A DNA stretch of 63,783 bases, counting the filler, from Neolecta irregularis DAH-3 (Eukaryota), in assembly GCA_001929475.1 (NCBI GenBank). It is 28 parts of 28 records of this genome, joined end to end, with 100 filler letters (N's around TTAATTAATTAA, not from the genome) between each part and the next. Parts side by side here need not be neighbours in the genome. Positions count along the whole stretch, not along the records: positions 37,930 to 39,654 come from LXFE01001827.1; positions 39,755 to 43,718 come from LXFE01001828.1; positions 43,819 to 45,587 come from LXFE01001830.1; positions 45,688 to 47,392 come from LXFE01001831.1; positions 47,493 to 48,653 come from LXFE01001833.1; positions 48,754 to 50,767 come from LXFE01001834.1; positions 50,868 to 52,105 come from LXFE01001835.1; 21 more parts are not named here. The stretch is one strand, 5' to 3'. The notes beneath the pieces are model-generated. The model searched no databases. It was not told the origin of the DNA and worked only from the letters and a program-made list of their open reading frames with translations. How positions within the stretch are numbered: the first letter of the stretch is position 1; the number at the start of each line of letters is the position of its first letter. Positions 38,392 to 51,555 of this stretch are shown piece by piece. The position numbers and the translations under genes are program-made.

Positions 38392-39138
38392 CTAGTCTCT
38401 TTCGAAAAGCTCAATTATGGGATCAATGTNNNNNNNNNNGGTGGTCACATCTTGATCAGCATTCTTGCTGAATATTTCGAGAAAAGTCAATACAATTGTA
38501 TCAAACCCTTCCGATAAGGTGTCGGACTTAGTCGAATACTGTGCCCATGAATTTAGGGTTAGGTCCATGAGTTGTCGTCCAATATGTACTGACATTGGTG
38601 GTTCGCCATGTATGGCAATGTTGCAGACCCTTAGAACTTCTTGATCTAACTGTTTTTGTTTGGGATATCTTTCCAATAGCCCATATTTGGTTTGAATGTC
38701 ACTAGCCCAATCTTCATGCTTTTCATCATTGTGGGAAAACCTCGTAGCAATGTCTTGAACTTGTTCTGGCTGAAGTGTCCTAGTTATCAGAAATATATCA
38801 TTATTTGCGAGCGTTTACACATATAACTGCACTTCAGTCTCGGAATCAGAAAGATTAGAGATCCAGTTTGCCTCAGATGTGGTAAACATTTGACATTGCA
38901 ATGTATTCGTGTCGTACTCAAGAACGGTAAAAGATTGGCAAAAGTATGGGATCAACAGGCATTGTTGCGCGCATTCTTCTTTTGCTATGTCCATATCCAT
39001 ATCCTGGATATAGAAAGTGTGTGATTTCTGCTTGTCAATAGTGACTCCGGTTGAAATCGCTTTGAAATTGTCGATATGAGCTGCCGTGCAACTAAGAGCA
39101 CCAAGTGCGATCAAACCGAAAACTTTTGGAAACATCAT
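38392..39138 (-). CDS. Secreted PAN/Apple-like + unknown-domain family, member B (3' part gapped or decayed)
   Basis: Signal MMFPKVFGLIALGALSCTA; EECAQQC...FCQSF...QC; intron 38780-38818; QDIATRF...WASDIQTKYG...FDTIVLTFLEIFSKN. TATA at ~39183-39189. Confidence 0.75.
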
Positions 39139-40085
39139 GTTGGATATGTTGAAACTTGGGAGACCCAGGTGGATTGTCAGGTTTATATAGGGAGTCGGTA
39201 TACCATGTTTTCTGTTTCTCTTACTTTCTAGTTTCAATTCTTTGAGAAAGGTTTCACACTCTGAGACAGTTCTGCTCTGCACCCATAAGCCACTTCTCCA
39301 TTTTTGCTTCACGAAACAGCCCCCACAAGCTGCCCCAGACCGGCGAGCAGACTGCTATCGCTCCCGAAATACTCGTCCAGCTCAGAAAGTGCCATTTCTG
39401 TTTGTCGACAGGTGAGATCGATCCTGATTCGCCAATTCTGTTAGTTCTATTCGGGGTGGTGAGAATTCGCCGCTAATTCGCAAATCTGGTGGTTTACAAT
39501 TGGCCGCTAATTGGTGGTTACAATTAACTGGTTAATTCAATCAATCAATCAACCAGCCAATCAATCAACCAACCAACCAATCAATCAATCAATCAGTCAA
39601 TCAGTCAATCAGTCAATCAGTCAATCAGTCAATCAGTCAATCAGTCAATCAGTCNNNNNNNNNNNNNNNNNNNNNNNNNNNNNNNNNNNNNNNNNNNNTT
39701 AATTAATTAANNNNNNNNNNNNNNNNNNNNNNNNNNNNNNNNNNNNNNNNNNNNAGAATGATGAACAAGACGTATGGCGTTTAAATCTGATCTTTACGTT
39801 TTCAACATCGTTTATAGATATCGATTTCAAAGCAGTTTCAAAATTTCCCTTTAATGATTCCTTGTTATATATTAAAAATCGATCATTCATAATCTATTTT
39901 GTTTATACTCATCATTTTTTCCTCCCGGAAAGCTGCAGTTGATTTAACCCTGGATTGATAACTCATAGCTTCGATATGTAATTTATACCAAAAAGCAACT
40001 ATTAAATATAAACCCAATATCAGCCCACAATACTCCAAACACTGCTCACCCAAATGCTAAAAAAGGAAAAAAAGAAGAAAAAAGG

Positions 40086-43000
40086 CTACCCCGGAAGATA
40101 CTGCAAATCGCGAGCTTTAATATGATTTTTCTGACAACTGTAATGGACCACCGATCCGCTTGCAGTAAGCACAGTATACCCAGGGACTTACTCTGGAAAT
40201 GCAGCGATTACGCTTTGGCCTAATCGTTTATGGCAACACGGACAAGTTTTTTCATGCGTTATGAGGTACCGTTTATTCCTGTACGTAATCAACTTTTCCT
40301 GCGTTCGCAAAAGTTGGAATTTCTCAAGATTGGAGAGGACTCTGGATTCGTGTAATTGGGATGTCTCAATGCGTATGTGATTAGTAAGGAGGGAAACAAG
40401 TTTAGCAATGTGAGTTGTTGGTGGAAGAAGATTCAATGTCTCTCGAGCGTTGAGTCGTGAACCGTGGCGAGAGAGGATGGCAAGGGCAGGAGACACTTGA
40501 ACGGGCGATCTAGAAGGGGGTTTCAAGTAGAGTTTTAAAAGAGTGAGAAACACTGAATGGTCGGGATTAGGGGAATTGTATATGCGTTGACAATATCTGG
40601 ATTGTTGTCAACTAGTCACTCTAGAAAACATACGACTCTGCTTTCAGGTGGTCCTGCATTTGAAAAACGTATATCGATAACGCACGGTCATGATGACCCA
40701 TCTTGCCAAGTAATATAGTCTGCGTCTCCCAGAATACCGGATCTGGACAGGGTTAATTAAAGAAAGTTTAGATTTTACCATTTTTGGGCAGCGACCGCAG
40801 CAGTCGATCTGGTTTGTAATATTGACTCTCTGATAAAAACGTTTCGAGCTTCCCGATAAATTCACCAGCCTCTTCCATTGATTGAATTTCTTCACGGTAT
40901 AATCCAGCCAGCTGGTAATGACATTCAGTGTTTATAGACCCAAGTTCATGGATGATATGTTCCAGATACCGAATCGCCAAGCGTCGATTATAATGAAGCA
41001 GGTATGCGCATACTTGATCACTAGGCAGAGAATCCGATTCAGCGGTATCTTCAATGAATATCTAAAACAGTTATTAATAGCAGAGCATGAGACAAGCCTC
41101 CATTGCAAGGTCTGGGTCAATTGTCAACGGCCACAATGCAAATTCAAAAATCAGATCGAGATGTAAGTTTCCGAGTCGTTGAAGATACCGAACTGTTGGT
41201 GCAGGCCCGGAAAGATCATTTTCTTTTGTATCTTGCCCAAGTCTGCAGATTAGTGCAAGCATGATATAATCATACTTTTTCAGCAATTCTAGAGCTTTTC
41301 TATGTAAACCTTTGCCAAAACAAAAGTCGACCAGTTCTCTGTAACGACACGCCATCTCAAGGAGAGAATGCACGACTTCTGGATCACAACTATTTTGCAC
41401 TCTTACCAATGGTCCAACAAGACCGGGACTGATAATCATGTAAACCCGGAATAGGGCTGTATCGATTAGTCGAGCAACAACTTCTAGTTCATAGATGGAT
41501 AGGAATTTTTCCGGTAGAGTAGTAAACTGATGTATTGGAACTGTTTCTTCTGTCTCATCATTTTTGAGTATAGAAATATATTTCGAGACTTTTCTTCGTG
41601 AATCAGTGAGATATATCAGTAAAGACCTTGAAGCCTTTTTCCAATCGACAGGTTTGTTAGGGGACACCGTTTCCGAATGTTTCTTGATCAAATTGGCATC
41701 TGATAATGTTGCCAGCGAAGAGATTTTTAGCAACCGAGATGATCGAGGCGTATCCCCTTCATGGAATGGTTTTTCTGTCAACGAGGCAGATTCAGGTGTT
41801 GAAGGGTCCGAGTGGTCAATTTCGTCTTCATCATTATCGCATGCGATGTTTGCTGGGCATAATTCAAGGACGGAAGAAGGATGTGCGGAAATCTCACTAA
41901 AAAGGGTCATACTATCATCATACCGTCTATTCTCAAAAAGTTCTTTTGCTTTCAACGATCGCAGGTGTCGAAGTTTTGATTCCTTGTCTTCAAAGAGTAT
42001 GTCTTCAAGTTGGGTCATTAGGCTGATCGCTTCGTCCAACTGTTTTGAAGCGATCAATTCATCGACTTGTGATTCGTATGAATTTGGGAGGAATTTCCAG
42101 ACCAGTGTTTGACTAGCCACGTAAAGTGACTTTCCAGAGTGAAGGATAGTAGCATTTGGTAGTTCGATTTGTTGAACCAGAGAATTGGTTCCAAGGTTTC
42201 GTATTTCAATGTGTTTTGGGTACATTGCGACGAGATAAGGATGCGAATAGCCTATATTCTCTGGTGCGGTCTTCCAAGGAATTGGCTTCCGATTGAGTAG
42301 ATTGCCATCGGGATCCAGAAAGACGGAGAGAGCAATTTAATCAGCCAAGCGAGACGAGACGGCTTACTATCTCTCGACAACAGGATGTCGCCATTGCCTA
42401 ATTTTGCAACTAAGGGTTTGGGAGATTTCCCGGCCATATAACCTATACCCAGACCAACAGCACCCAAGCCGCCGATGGATACGGCGAAAGTGGAAGAAAA
42501 GACTTGCGATAGCTGCATGGAATCGAGATCGAGGATGGAATAGTCTGTTGAAAGGCCAAATATGAGTTTTGTAGAGGCCATAAAGGCGAGGGTTTTTGGA
42601 CGTTCGGGTAAGGAGAATTCCTAAAGTTTAGGCAGCAGACAAGGAGAGAGACGGACTGGGCCCTCTGAGAACTCTGTGTCGTTCCAGGCGTAGAGGAGGA
42701 CCTTTCGTTTGACTATGACTGCCAAGCGAGAGACGAGCATTGGGATTCCATCTGGGTCACGCTGGACGTTTGTAGTTGTGGCAAAGAGGGAAGCGCCCTT
42801 CGTTCTGGGGAGTATATGGAGGAGCGAAAAATCGTGCAGATCGTGGACGCTGACGAGATTGTCTATAGTTGGATGAGAAAGGGTGATTTATGGAGAGTAC
42901 CGCTGAGTGTGAGAAGAATTGCTGCTTCTTTTATAGCGGCGAGTTGTTCGATGGGTCTGCGCGCAAATGTATCTATACGGCGGATAAGACTATCTGGTGC

Positions 43001-43194
43001 CGAGTCTGCTGTTGAGTCTGGGGCATTTGAATCTGGGCCGGGGTAGACGAGGAGGGCGCCTGTAGCAGTGGCTAGGAGTAATCGGTCGCCTGAAAATGAG
43101 AGGAGTAATTGAGGACAGTACCTAGAGCAAGTAGTGATGAAATGCGATCTTTGGGTGAGGAAGCTACCAGCCGGCGCACGACGGTGGTGTGCAT
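40086..43194 (-). CDS. VPS39: HOPS subunit Vps39/Vam6 (multi-exon)
   Basis: CNH-like N-terminus; IDTALFRVYM...LVGPLVRVQNSC; LVDFCFGKGLHRKALELL; C-terminal Zn finger CPCCHKRLGQSVIAAFP|DGSVVHYSC. Confidence 0.93.
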
Positions 43195-43597
43195 ATTATA
43201 CGCTTGACGATAATCTGTATGAATTGGGGTAGCTGAACGTGTATGTAGGTTGATGTTGATTATATGTGGACGTGATGTTGATAGATGAGTGTGTTGGATA
43301 TAATACTGAGGAGATGAAGGTGTTGGATATAATACTGAGGAGATGAGGTGTTGGATGTGATGTTGATAGATGATAGTGTTGGATATGATGTTGATAGATG
43401 ATAGTGTTGGATATGATGTCTGGAGGTGATTTTTCAATACAGATAAATAACGTAGTAAGTAATACTAATATATGTAGATGGATGTATGAGCCAACCAGGG
43501 AGAATATGGCTATGAGCTAAGAATACGACCACGAATAAAAATACGACCCAGAATAAAAATCCGGCCACAATATGACCACGACCACGAATATGACCAC

Positions 43598-43718
43598 CGA
43601 TGCCATGAATCACACGGATAAGACCGACGTCATGAATACTATGAATCCCACAGATAAGACCGATGCCATGAATACTATGAATCCCACGGATAAGACCGAT
43701 GCCATGAATACTATGAAT
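43598..43718. repeat. 36-bp tandem repeat
   Basis: CGATGCCATGAATACTATGAATCCCACGGATAAGAC about 3 times, into a gap. Confidence 0.9.
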
Positions 43719-45687
43719 NNNNNNNNNNNNNNNNNNNNNNNNNNNNNNNNNNNNNNNNNNNNTTAATTAATTAANNNNNNNNNNNNNNNNNNNNNNNNNN
43801 NNNNNNNNNNNNNNNNNNTGTAGCTGCCTTTTTGTAAGGCGTTGGATAATGCTCTATCCATCCACGCAAAGAATCGATGAAACGTCTTCGCTTCATCTCC
43901 TCTAAGAATCAATTCTGATATATATCGGAATTCCCCCGAAAACCTCTACAACCGGAATCTGCGCGACAGACACACTGCTCAGGTTATAGCCATAACCTGA
44001 GTAAATACAAAGTAAAGTTAAGGTGGCGCTAATACTAAGAGCTAGATAATAATGAAACACCCTTAATTATCCTCAGGACTAGAACAGCAATATAATCATA
44101 ACATCACCAAATAATTTAGGGTTAGGGTTAAAAACGACCCAGGGTGTGCTGACGGCAGCAATTATTAACAATTTAAATAGGTGCAATCCCGAATTCACTA
44201 AATAACAATGATTGCTAGTATAAATTGATTTCTATCTACCCATTTCTTCAGTTGCTATTATCTCTCCTCATGACGATTTACAAAAAGCCACTTAAACTGT
44301 CAGTTCTTTCATCAGTAATCACTCATTGAGAGATAAGATGGCAGGATTTTCATGCTCGGCAGATGTTTGGAACCAAACAATATTTCATACTGCACGCTTT
44401 ATCACTATTGTGAGCGTTCAGGTGTTCCTTTTTGTCGCTCGTGGACTTAGGTTGGTATGTTGATACTGCGGCAGCTACTTTGAGTGAAGGTAACTACGTT
44501 TATAATCAATTTACACGATTAAAGTCTCTCTGCTAGCCAGACGTGGACCTACTTATATAGTAATTCCTTGAGGCGCGCTTCGCTGCTGCCCATTCGCTCC
44601 TTCCTATACGGAGCCTCATCCGTTCCGCACGTCTCCCCATTGAGCTCCCTAGCTCTTCTTGCGGGGTATTCGATCGATCGCGCCGTGAGGCTATCGCTGC
44701 TCTGTTTGTCAATGACGAGATTGACTTCCTCTTTGAGCAGCCGCGTTCCTCATGAGGACATCGCGCCCGATCGCGGGTCAATGGTATGGCCACCCCCATT
44801 GATAGGGAATCTGCTAACATCCTTATTGAGCTTCCTAGCTCTACTTGCGGATAGAGAGGTCAATCGCGCTTTGAGGATGTCCTTGGTTTGTTTGCCGGTA
44901 GCGGTGGTTATCCGTCTCTGGTGGCTGTGGGGGTTCCGGGAATCCCCACAACTATGTTGCTTTTGTTTGTCCAACATTCCCAACTGCTAAACAGCCAAAC
45001 TGCATAACCATTTCACTGCCTGCCAGGGCGCTCTCTAGCGGGTGGTTCAGATCTCTTGAGGGGCTTGAAAATCTGTCCAACAGCCCGCCAGAGAGTGTTG
45101 TGGATGGGCCGGGCTCTTTTCGGGCCATATCACGTGATATCAGAGCTCCACTGCCCACTACGCTGCTAAACTCTGTACTGCAAGGCTCCTTTGCCAAATA
45201 TGCACATCCGGCAATAACTTGTCTCTTCCTATTTCTACCGAGCCAACCCCTACCCACAATCAGAAAAGTCCCTTCTCTCTCCCCTCACTGCTTCTTCGAA
45301 AATCCGTTAGAGAACCTGGGTGCTGTCAGACTTTTCTGCATTGTGTACTTTACTGCTTGTGGGAATGGTAATAATACATTCCCAAAGGATATCTTGATTT
45401 GTCCAAGTGGCAGAGGTTGACTCAAAGTTTCCCTTTTGTGAGACTGTCGTAAGAAACTCGTATATGTGGTATTTTCTGGTTATCTGATGGGCTTTCTCTT
45501 CCTTGATGTTACTACAATGATGTGGCTCATTCTTGTAAATCTATAAGTAGTCCTGTATCTGCACATTTGTAGGACGGTTGGATAATGNNNNNNNNNNNNN
45601 NNNNNNNNNNNNNNNNNNNNNNNNNNNNNNNTTAATTAATTAANNNNNNNNNNNNNNNNNNNNNNNNNNNNNNNNNNNNNNNNNNNN

Positions 45688-47392
45688 ACATAATTAAGGG
45701 GAATTAAATACTATATAAGGAGGGAGAAAATTATTTGTATATTATCAAGTTTTTGTAAGGAGCGCTCACTGGTAGTTAGTATGAACACCAGATGTGGTCT
45801 AGTGGCGGAAGGTCCCAGAAGATACTGGAACCTTCCAGTATATTCTGTAGCCGCTAATTAGTGGCATTATTGTACTATAAGTAGATAGGCTGATGACAGC
45901 AGTACTCTTGTCTTCAACCAAGAGTACTGATAAGTCAGGTACGTAGCAATACAGGTCTTCAACGAAGAGTACTGACGAGTCAGCCCTATCTGATACATGG
46001 TATCTTACAATTGGAGGTCCTACAGTGTGGACGCTCATAAATCAGAACTTGCTGAAGACCCTAAAGAACTAAAAAATGGATCCTGACACATTCGTGTGAA
46101 TCATGGAGCAGGCATCTGCATCCATTGGCACAGCCGTAGCCTCGGCCATCGACCAGGCAATCGTCCGAACTCAGGAACACCAGGCTGCGAATACAGCAGC
46201 CTTAGAAAATCGCTTCACGGCTACAGTGGCACAGGCAGTCACTGAAGCTGCAAAAACAACAGCTCTGGCAGTCCAAAGGGCTGCCCATGTGCCGCAATTC
46301 CCAAAGTTCTCTGGTAAAGAGGATGTTCATGACTGGTGGTTCGCAGTGGTAGAAATCTCCACAGGACACCAGTTTGAAACAGCAGAATTCAAGAGATTGA
46401 TATTCGAATGTTTGAATGGATATGCGAAGGAATGGTGACAGGCAAACAAAGATGCTCTGGATACCTCCAGTTCTTCGGAAAGAATTATCGAGTTGTTTGG
46501 TGGGGAATTCATCCCCCGAGGCTACTTATTCAAGCAGCAGGTAACATTCGACAACTTAAAAGTCGGAAATTCGATCACTGGATTCATAACCACCTTTCAG
46601 AAATTAAAACTCTGGGTCGATTATCCTGAACCAGTTCTAGTCCATGCCTTTATTCGAGCATTCGCAAGCTTCCCTGCCTGTCAAGACAAGTTGATTGACA
46701 GAGCTCCGGAAACAGTTTCGGCAGCAATCACAATCGCTTGTGAATTCGAATTAAAGAAATCGATGGTCAAGGGCTCTAATGGTGATAGGGGTGGTTATGC
46801 CCCTATGGAAATCGACGCGGTTCGGAAGAAAGGATACTGCAACTGGTGCAAATCCAGTAAGGGGCATACGAAGAAGGACTACTTCTTCTACCCCGGAAAT
46901 AAACCCCCTGACAGTTTTGCCTTTAAGAAGAAAGGAGGCAAACAACGACGAAAAGTCAATGCAGTTGAGTCGGGAAAAGAGCAGGAGGGAATGGATGGAG
47001 AAGCCTACCCCCCTCAGAAATGTGTCTGACAGTGATTATATAGATAAATCAAACACTGTCGAAAAAACTTCTCTGCCGCTTGAAATTGTGAATGTAGCCC
47101 TATCTGGCAAAGGTCTCATCAAATTCCCTTGCACCATAAGTCAAAAGAAGGTGCAAGTGGAAGCCTTGGCACTAAAAGATGATGGTGCTACCCATAATTT
47201 CATAGCGAAAAAATTCGTTAAAGAACATGGATTGGAAACCAAGTTAACAGGACGATTAGTCAAGGTCATCATGGCTGACAAGGCCGAGGAACAAGTTAAA
47301 CCTCAGCCGCAGGCCTTGGTTTTCACAATGGTCACAATCCCGTCAAAACAAGGTCAACTATCATTCTTCGATACATTTGAGGTTGCAGACCT
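45688..47392 (+). mobile_element. Ty3/gypsy retrotransposon 5' part: LTR (to 46009), tRNA-Gln-type PBS, gag (46076-47029, two TGA stops), aspartic protease
   Basis: LTR end CTTACA + AT + TGGAGGTCCTAC. Gag FPKFSGKEDVHDWW, PMEID, degenerate knuckle CNWC...GH. Protease ALKDDGATHNFI. Confidence 0.9.
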
Positions 47393-47492
47393 NNNNNNNN
47401 NNNNNNNNNNNNNNNNNNNNNNNNNNNNNNNNNNNNTTAATTAATTAANNNNNNNNNNNNNNNNNNNNNNNNNNNNNNNNNNNNNNNNNNNN

Positions 47493-47571
47493 GGCCGGGC
47501 CTGACCCTCAAAAAAGGCCATGGGCCAGGCTTTTTAAAAAGCCCATGGGCTTCGGCCCATTGCCAACACTG
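47493..47571. mobile_element. hAT-type MITE end (GGCCC-rich, TTGCCAACACTG)
   Basis: Terminus identical to 23267-23278. Confidence 0.5.
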
Positions 47572-47638
47572 TATCTAGGTCAGAATCTGCAATAACCATA
47601 TTTGCAACAGTCACAAATTCAACTAGGGTACCTCCTTC

Positions 47639-48388
47639 CTAGCAAGCCTTGAGCCCAGGTACCTTTAGTATAATAGCATTTCTAGTTTCACGACTAAATC
47701 CCTGAAGGAAAATAACCATCTGATCCAATGGGTACAAATGGTGTTTTCCAAAAAGGACATTTGATATAATAGTAAATTCTTGACAATATTGAATCAAATC
47801 CTTTTCTTCTCCCAAAAGGAATTGTGAAGCCAAACTCTTTAACTTTTCAATAGTATAACCAACATTTTCATATCTGGAGAATGCTTGATTCATATGGAAA
47901 ACCAGTTCACCCCACTGACCCAAACTAAAACCAGGCAAGATTTGAATTTGTTTAGCCATCTCTGGAGTACAATAGTCTAAGATATTCAATGTTTTCTCTT
48001 CTTCTGTTATCTGATATCAAGTAGCTAGTACATAATATCATTGAGAAAATGTAGTCCAATTCGTTCCATCAAACAATGGAGCACCTACCTGACCTGGGGT
48101 AGGGAAAGATCCAATTGATTGAATAGTACTATTTTCCATATTTTCTTCCATTCTCAAAATTTGGCAGCTATCTCCCATATAGCTTGTCGTCTTTATTCGC
48201 AGAGATCTCCAATGAGACTCTTAATCTCAAGGTTGTGGATTCGAGCCCCACATTGGGAGCCAAATGTAGGTGAGATAACACAGATGCGATATAATGACTA
48301 ACTGAGTTATGCGAAGTTACCGAAAGTTACTAAACTCAGTATAATAGGGATGGTCCCAATAAACTTCAGATAAACTTGATACAATAGT
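47639..48388 (-). mobile_element. Ty3/gypsy 5' end: LTR (48265-~48388), extended tRNA-Lys PBS (48213-48262), decayed gag (47639-48139)
   Basis: LTR homologous to 23450-23715, ending CCTACA, then TT, then TGGCTCCCAATGTGGGGCTCGAA... Gag FPTPGQVGAPLFDGTNW with in-frame TGA at 48038 and 48017. Confidence 0.85.
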
Positions 48389-48933
48389 CGATTCCTGATA
48401 CTAATGCCAGAAGTAAGACTTATGTCCTTCTTTTCTTAACTAAGAAAAACTGACAAAAGTTGAACAAGAATTTGATTCTGACGGGTTCAGATTCCACAGT
48501 AAGCAGGTAGGTCTTCTAATCAAACTATGCAGACTTTGGTATAATCCAATGGAGAATCCAACTCTGGGAGATCTAATGAAAAATCCAAACGAAGAGCCGC
48601 AATCACTCCCAAGAAGAGCTTTACTAACTGTATTGTTCAATACCAGATGACTANNNNNNNNNNNNNNNNNNNNNNNNNNNNNNNNNNNNNNNNNNNNTTA
48701 ATTAATTAANNNNNNNNNNNNNNNNNNNNNNNNNNNNNNNNNNNNNNNNNNNNAACTCCATGAAATCAATCCAACCACTCAGGCGTCTCCATCAACGGTG
48801 TGCAAATTGCCTTGGGCCTGGCTGCGACTTCTACCGAGGGTGTTTTAGGTATTCGTTCTCAAGACATTTTAATCTCACTCTTAGGCATAGGGTATTCAAC
48901 AAACCAAGCAATCTCCATCTTTCNNNNNNNNNN

Positions 48934-49253
48934 AGTTCGAGTAGGCCTTCTTTGATTGCATTGCCCAGCAACGCCTTGGCCAGACATAAGACAGAGGTTG
49001 TCTTTCCGATCCCGGGCATTCCAGAAATGATGATATGCGGCATGTTTCCATCCCGTTCAATTACCTTGAGGCGGTCTATTGTTTCTTCGTTGCCGACAAT
49101 ATCTCCCAATCTCTGAGGCCTGTGCTTTTCAACCCTGAAATTAGTAGAGCCGGCATCTAAAGCATGCCAAGGTAATTCAGATAAGCCAGGGGTGATTGTG
49201 CTGTTTTTGGTGGAGCATTCCCCGAATGCGCTGGAATCGCAGATGTCGCGCAT
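48934..49253 (-). CDS. RFC4: Replication factor C small subunit, 5' fragment
   Basis: [53 protein letters not shown] intron 49135-49167. Confidence 0.9.
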
Positions 49254-49787
49254 GAAAGGAAATAAAATGTGGTGCTGAGTGCTAAACGGGACGAATCAGC
49301 AAATGCTCTGAAACTGACCTCCAAGCTGCACTTGGCTTGTTTCACACTGAGGCGGACGGCGACCCAGTTTTCTTTGGAAGGCACTTTTGATGACTATTTT
49401 CCCCGTCAAAAATGAAGTTTTTGAGCACGGCCACTTCCTGATTACACCATGCAGGACGGCACTAGCGATCCAGCGACCAGACTCCGTCTTAGTCGAAATA
49501 CAAACTTTAAAGTATATTATGTTAGACGAGTCGGGACAAAAGATTTAGAACAATTTTGGACGAATCGCCATTCTCATTGGCACGGGCGCGTTAGAAATCG
49601 GCGGCCGGTAATCACATGCACGCGCTAGCCCAGTCTGGAATAGCGTCGATATTCTTCCGCGGTAGCCCCGAGGCGTCATATTCACAGTGCTAAGCCCCAA
49701 ACAAACGCCACAGGCCTTAGAATAACTAACCGCCAAGCATATGCATGATGTTTTCTCCTTGGTCTTCTTTTGCTCCTCCTCCTGGCA

Positions 49788-51555
49788 ATGGTTGCTTTTG
49801 CAATCCTCTCCTTCCTCGCCCTTTCTGCCTGTGCAATCTACTTGCTTCCGAAAGACGATCCTCTCACAGAAACCGTCATCACATTTCCAATTCGCAGATC
49901 TCACTCCACAAGGTTTTACCGGATTGACCGACCAAAACTCCGCAAACGAGACGGGTCAACTTTGACCGAGGTTCTGCAAAACGGCCAATTGCTGTACTAT
50001 GCTAACAGCACGTTGTTTGCCCTGCGGGTCTAACAGACTAGTCACTATTGGAACTCCGCCTCAGCGTCTCTCGTTGCAGATCGACACGGGATCAAGTGAT
50101 ATTTGGACCCAAGTTTCTTCCAGCGTTCTTTGCAACTCCCAAGGAGACCCCTGCTCCGTGTCGGGGACCTACAACAATCTAACCTCGTCCTCATACCAGT
50201 ATGTAAACTCGGACTTTTTGATCCAGTACGGGGATGGCACCGGCGCCCAGGGAGACTATTGCAAAGAGACTTTAGGAATTGCGGGTATGCAACTCCATGA
50301 AATCAATCCAACCACTCAGGCGTCTCCATCAACGGTGTGCAAATTGCCTTGGGCCTAGCTGCGACTTCTACCGAGGGTGTTTTAGGTATTCGTGCTCAAG
50401 ACATTTTAATCTCACTCTTAGGCATAGGGTATTCAACAAACCAAGCAATCTCCATCTTTCAAGGCCAGTCTGGCTATCCGTCTCTCCTCGACAACATGGT
50501 CAGTAAAAAACTCATTGCCGCTCGTGCCTTCAGTCTGTACCTCGACGATCTAAACGCCAACACAGGCTCGCTTCTCTTTGGTGGAATTGATACAGCAAAG
50601 TACTCTGGCGACTTGCTTACTCTGCCAGTCCTAAATGACGGCAGCACTTTTACTTCATTCGCGGTAGCCATGACGAGTCTTTCGATTACAAAACCAGGCT
50701 CAAACTCTGCAACTACCCTCGCCGCATCTTCGTTCCCAATATCAGTTATTCTTGATTCCGGCTCCTCNNNNNNNNNNNNNNNNNNNNNNNNNNNNNNNNN
50801 NNNNNNNNNNNTTAATTAATTAANNNNNNNNNNNNNNNNNNNNNNNNNNNNNNNNNNNNNNNNNNNNAAACTCTGCAACTACCCTCGCCGCATCTTCGTT
50901 CCCAATATCAGTTATTCTTGATTCCGGCTCCTCATGGAACTCGCTACCCTCCGCAATCCTCGTGAATCTCGCGTCAGAGCTGGGCGCAACATACAGTCAG
51001 CAGCTCCAAGGCTACGTTTTGAAAAACTGCGACTTGCAATTTCAATCTGGCACTATCAACTTTTCATTCGGCTCTGCTATTATTCGTGTACCTTTTGACG
51101 AAATGATCGTCAACGTTGAAGATTCAAATGGAAACCCCATCACCTATAAAAACGGCCAGCCCGTATGTCAAATCGGAGCATTGGTCTCTAATACCGATTT
51201 CGTCCTCGGGGACACATTCCTTCGTTCAGCGTATGTCGTCTACGATCTTGACAACAATGAAATCGGAATTGCCCAAACGAAATTCAATACCACTGATTCG
51301 GCTATTGTGGCTCTCGGTTCTACAAATGCTGGTATTCCAAATTCTCGCGCTGCAAGTAGTGTTCCAACTATTACATCCGGGGCAAACGTATCAAATGCTC
51401 GTCCTTCTTCAGTTGTTGACGGCTCTGCTACAATTACGGTGAATGCATCAGCACCCCGAGGCAAATCTGCTGCTTTCTCACTTAAAATCCTTTCACTTTT
51501 TCAAATTGCGCTTGTTGTGATAGGTATCACGACCGCAAATATTCTCTGTATCTAA
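49788..51555 (+). CDS. Secreted, probably GPI-anchored aspartic protease (yapsin-like); spans a gap
   Basis: Signal peptide; YYAN|ITIGTPPQ, DTGSSD, IQYGDGT, LDSGSS, LGDTFLRSAYVVYDLDNNEI; hydrophobic C-terminus. Confidence 0.93.

Noticed and set aside
44117-44130. TTAGGGTTAGGGTT telomere-like sequence
   Set aside because: Only about 2 units and internal; insufficient for a telomere call.
44500-45587. Overlapping short ORFs
   Set aside because: Unassignable; probably decayed sequence.
48213-48262. Functional tRNA-Lys gene
   Set aside because: The 5' acceptor strand and D-arm are absent and CCA is encoded; treated as an extended PBS.
48754-48923. Second copy of part of the aspartic protease gene (matches ~50291-50460)
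   Set aside because: Nearly identical and bounded by gaps; probably an allelic or misplaced contig.
50868-50933. Direct repeat of 50702-50767
   Set aside because: Unmerged contig overlap across a gap.
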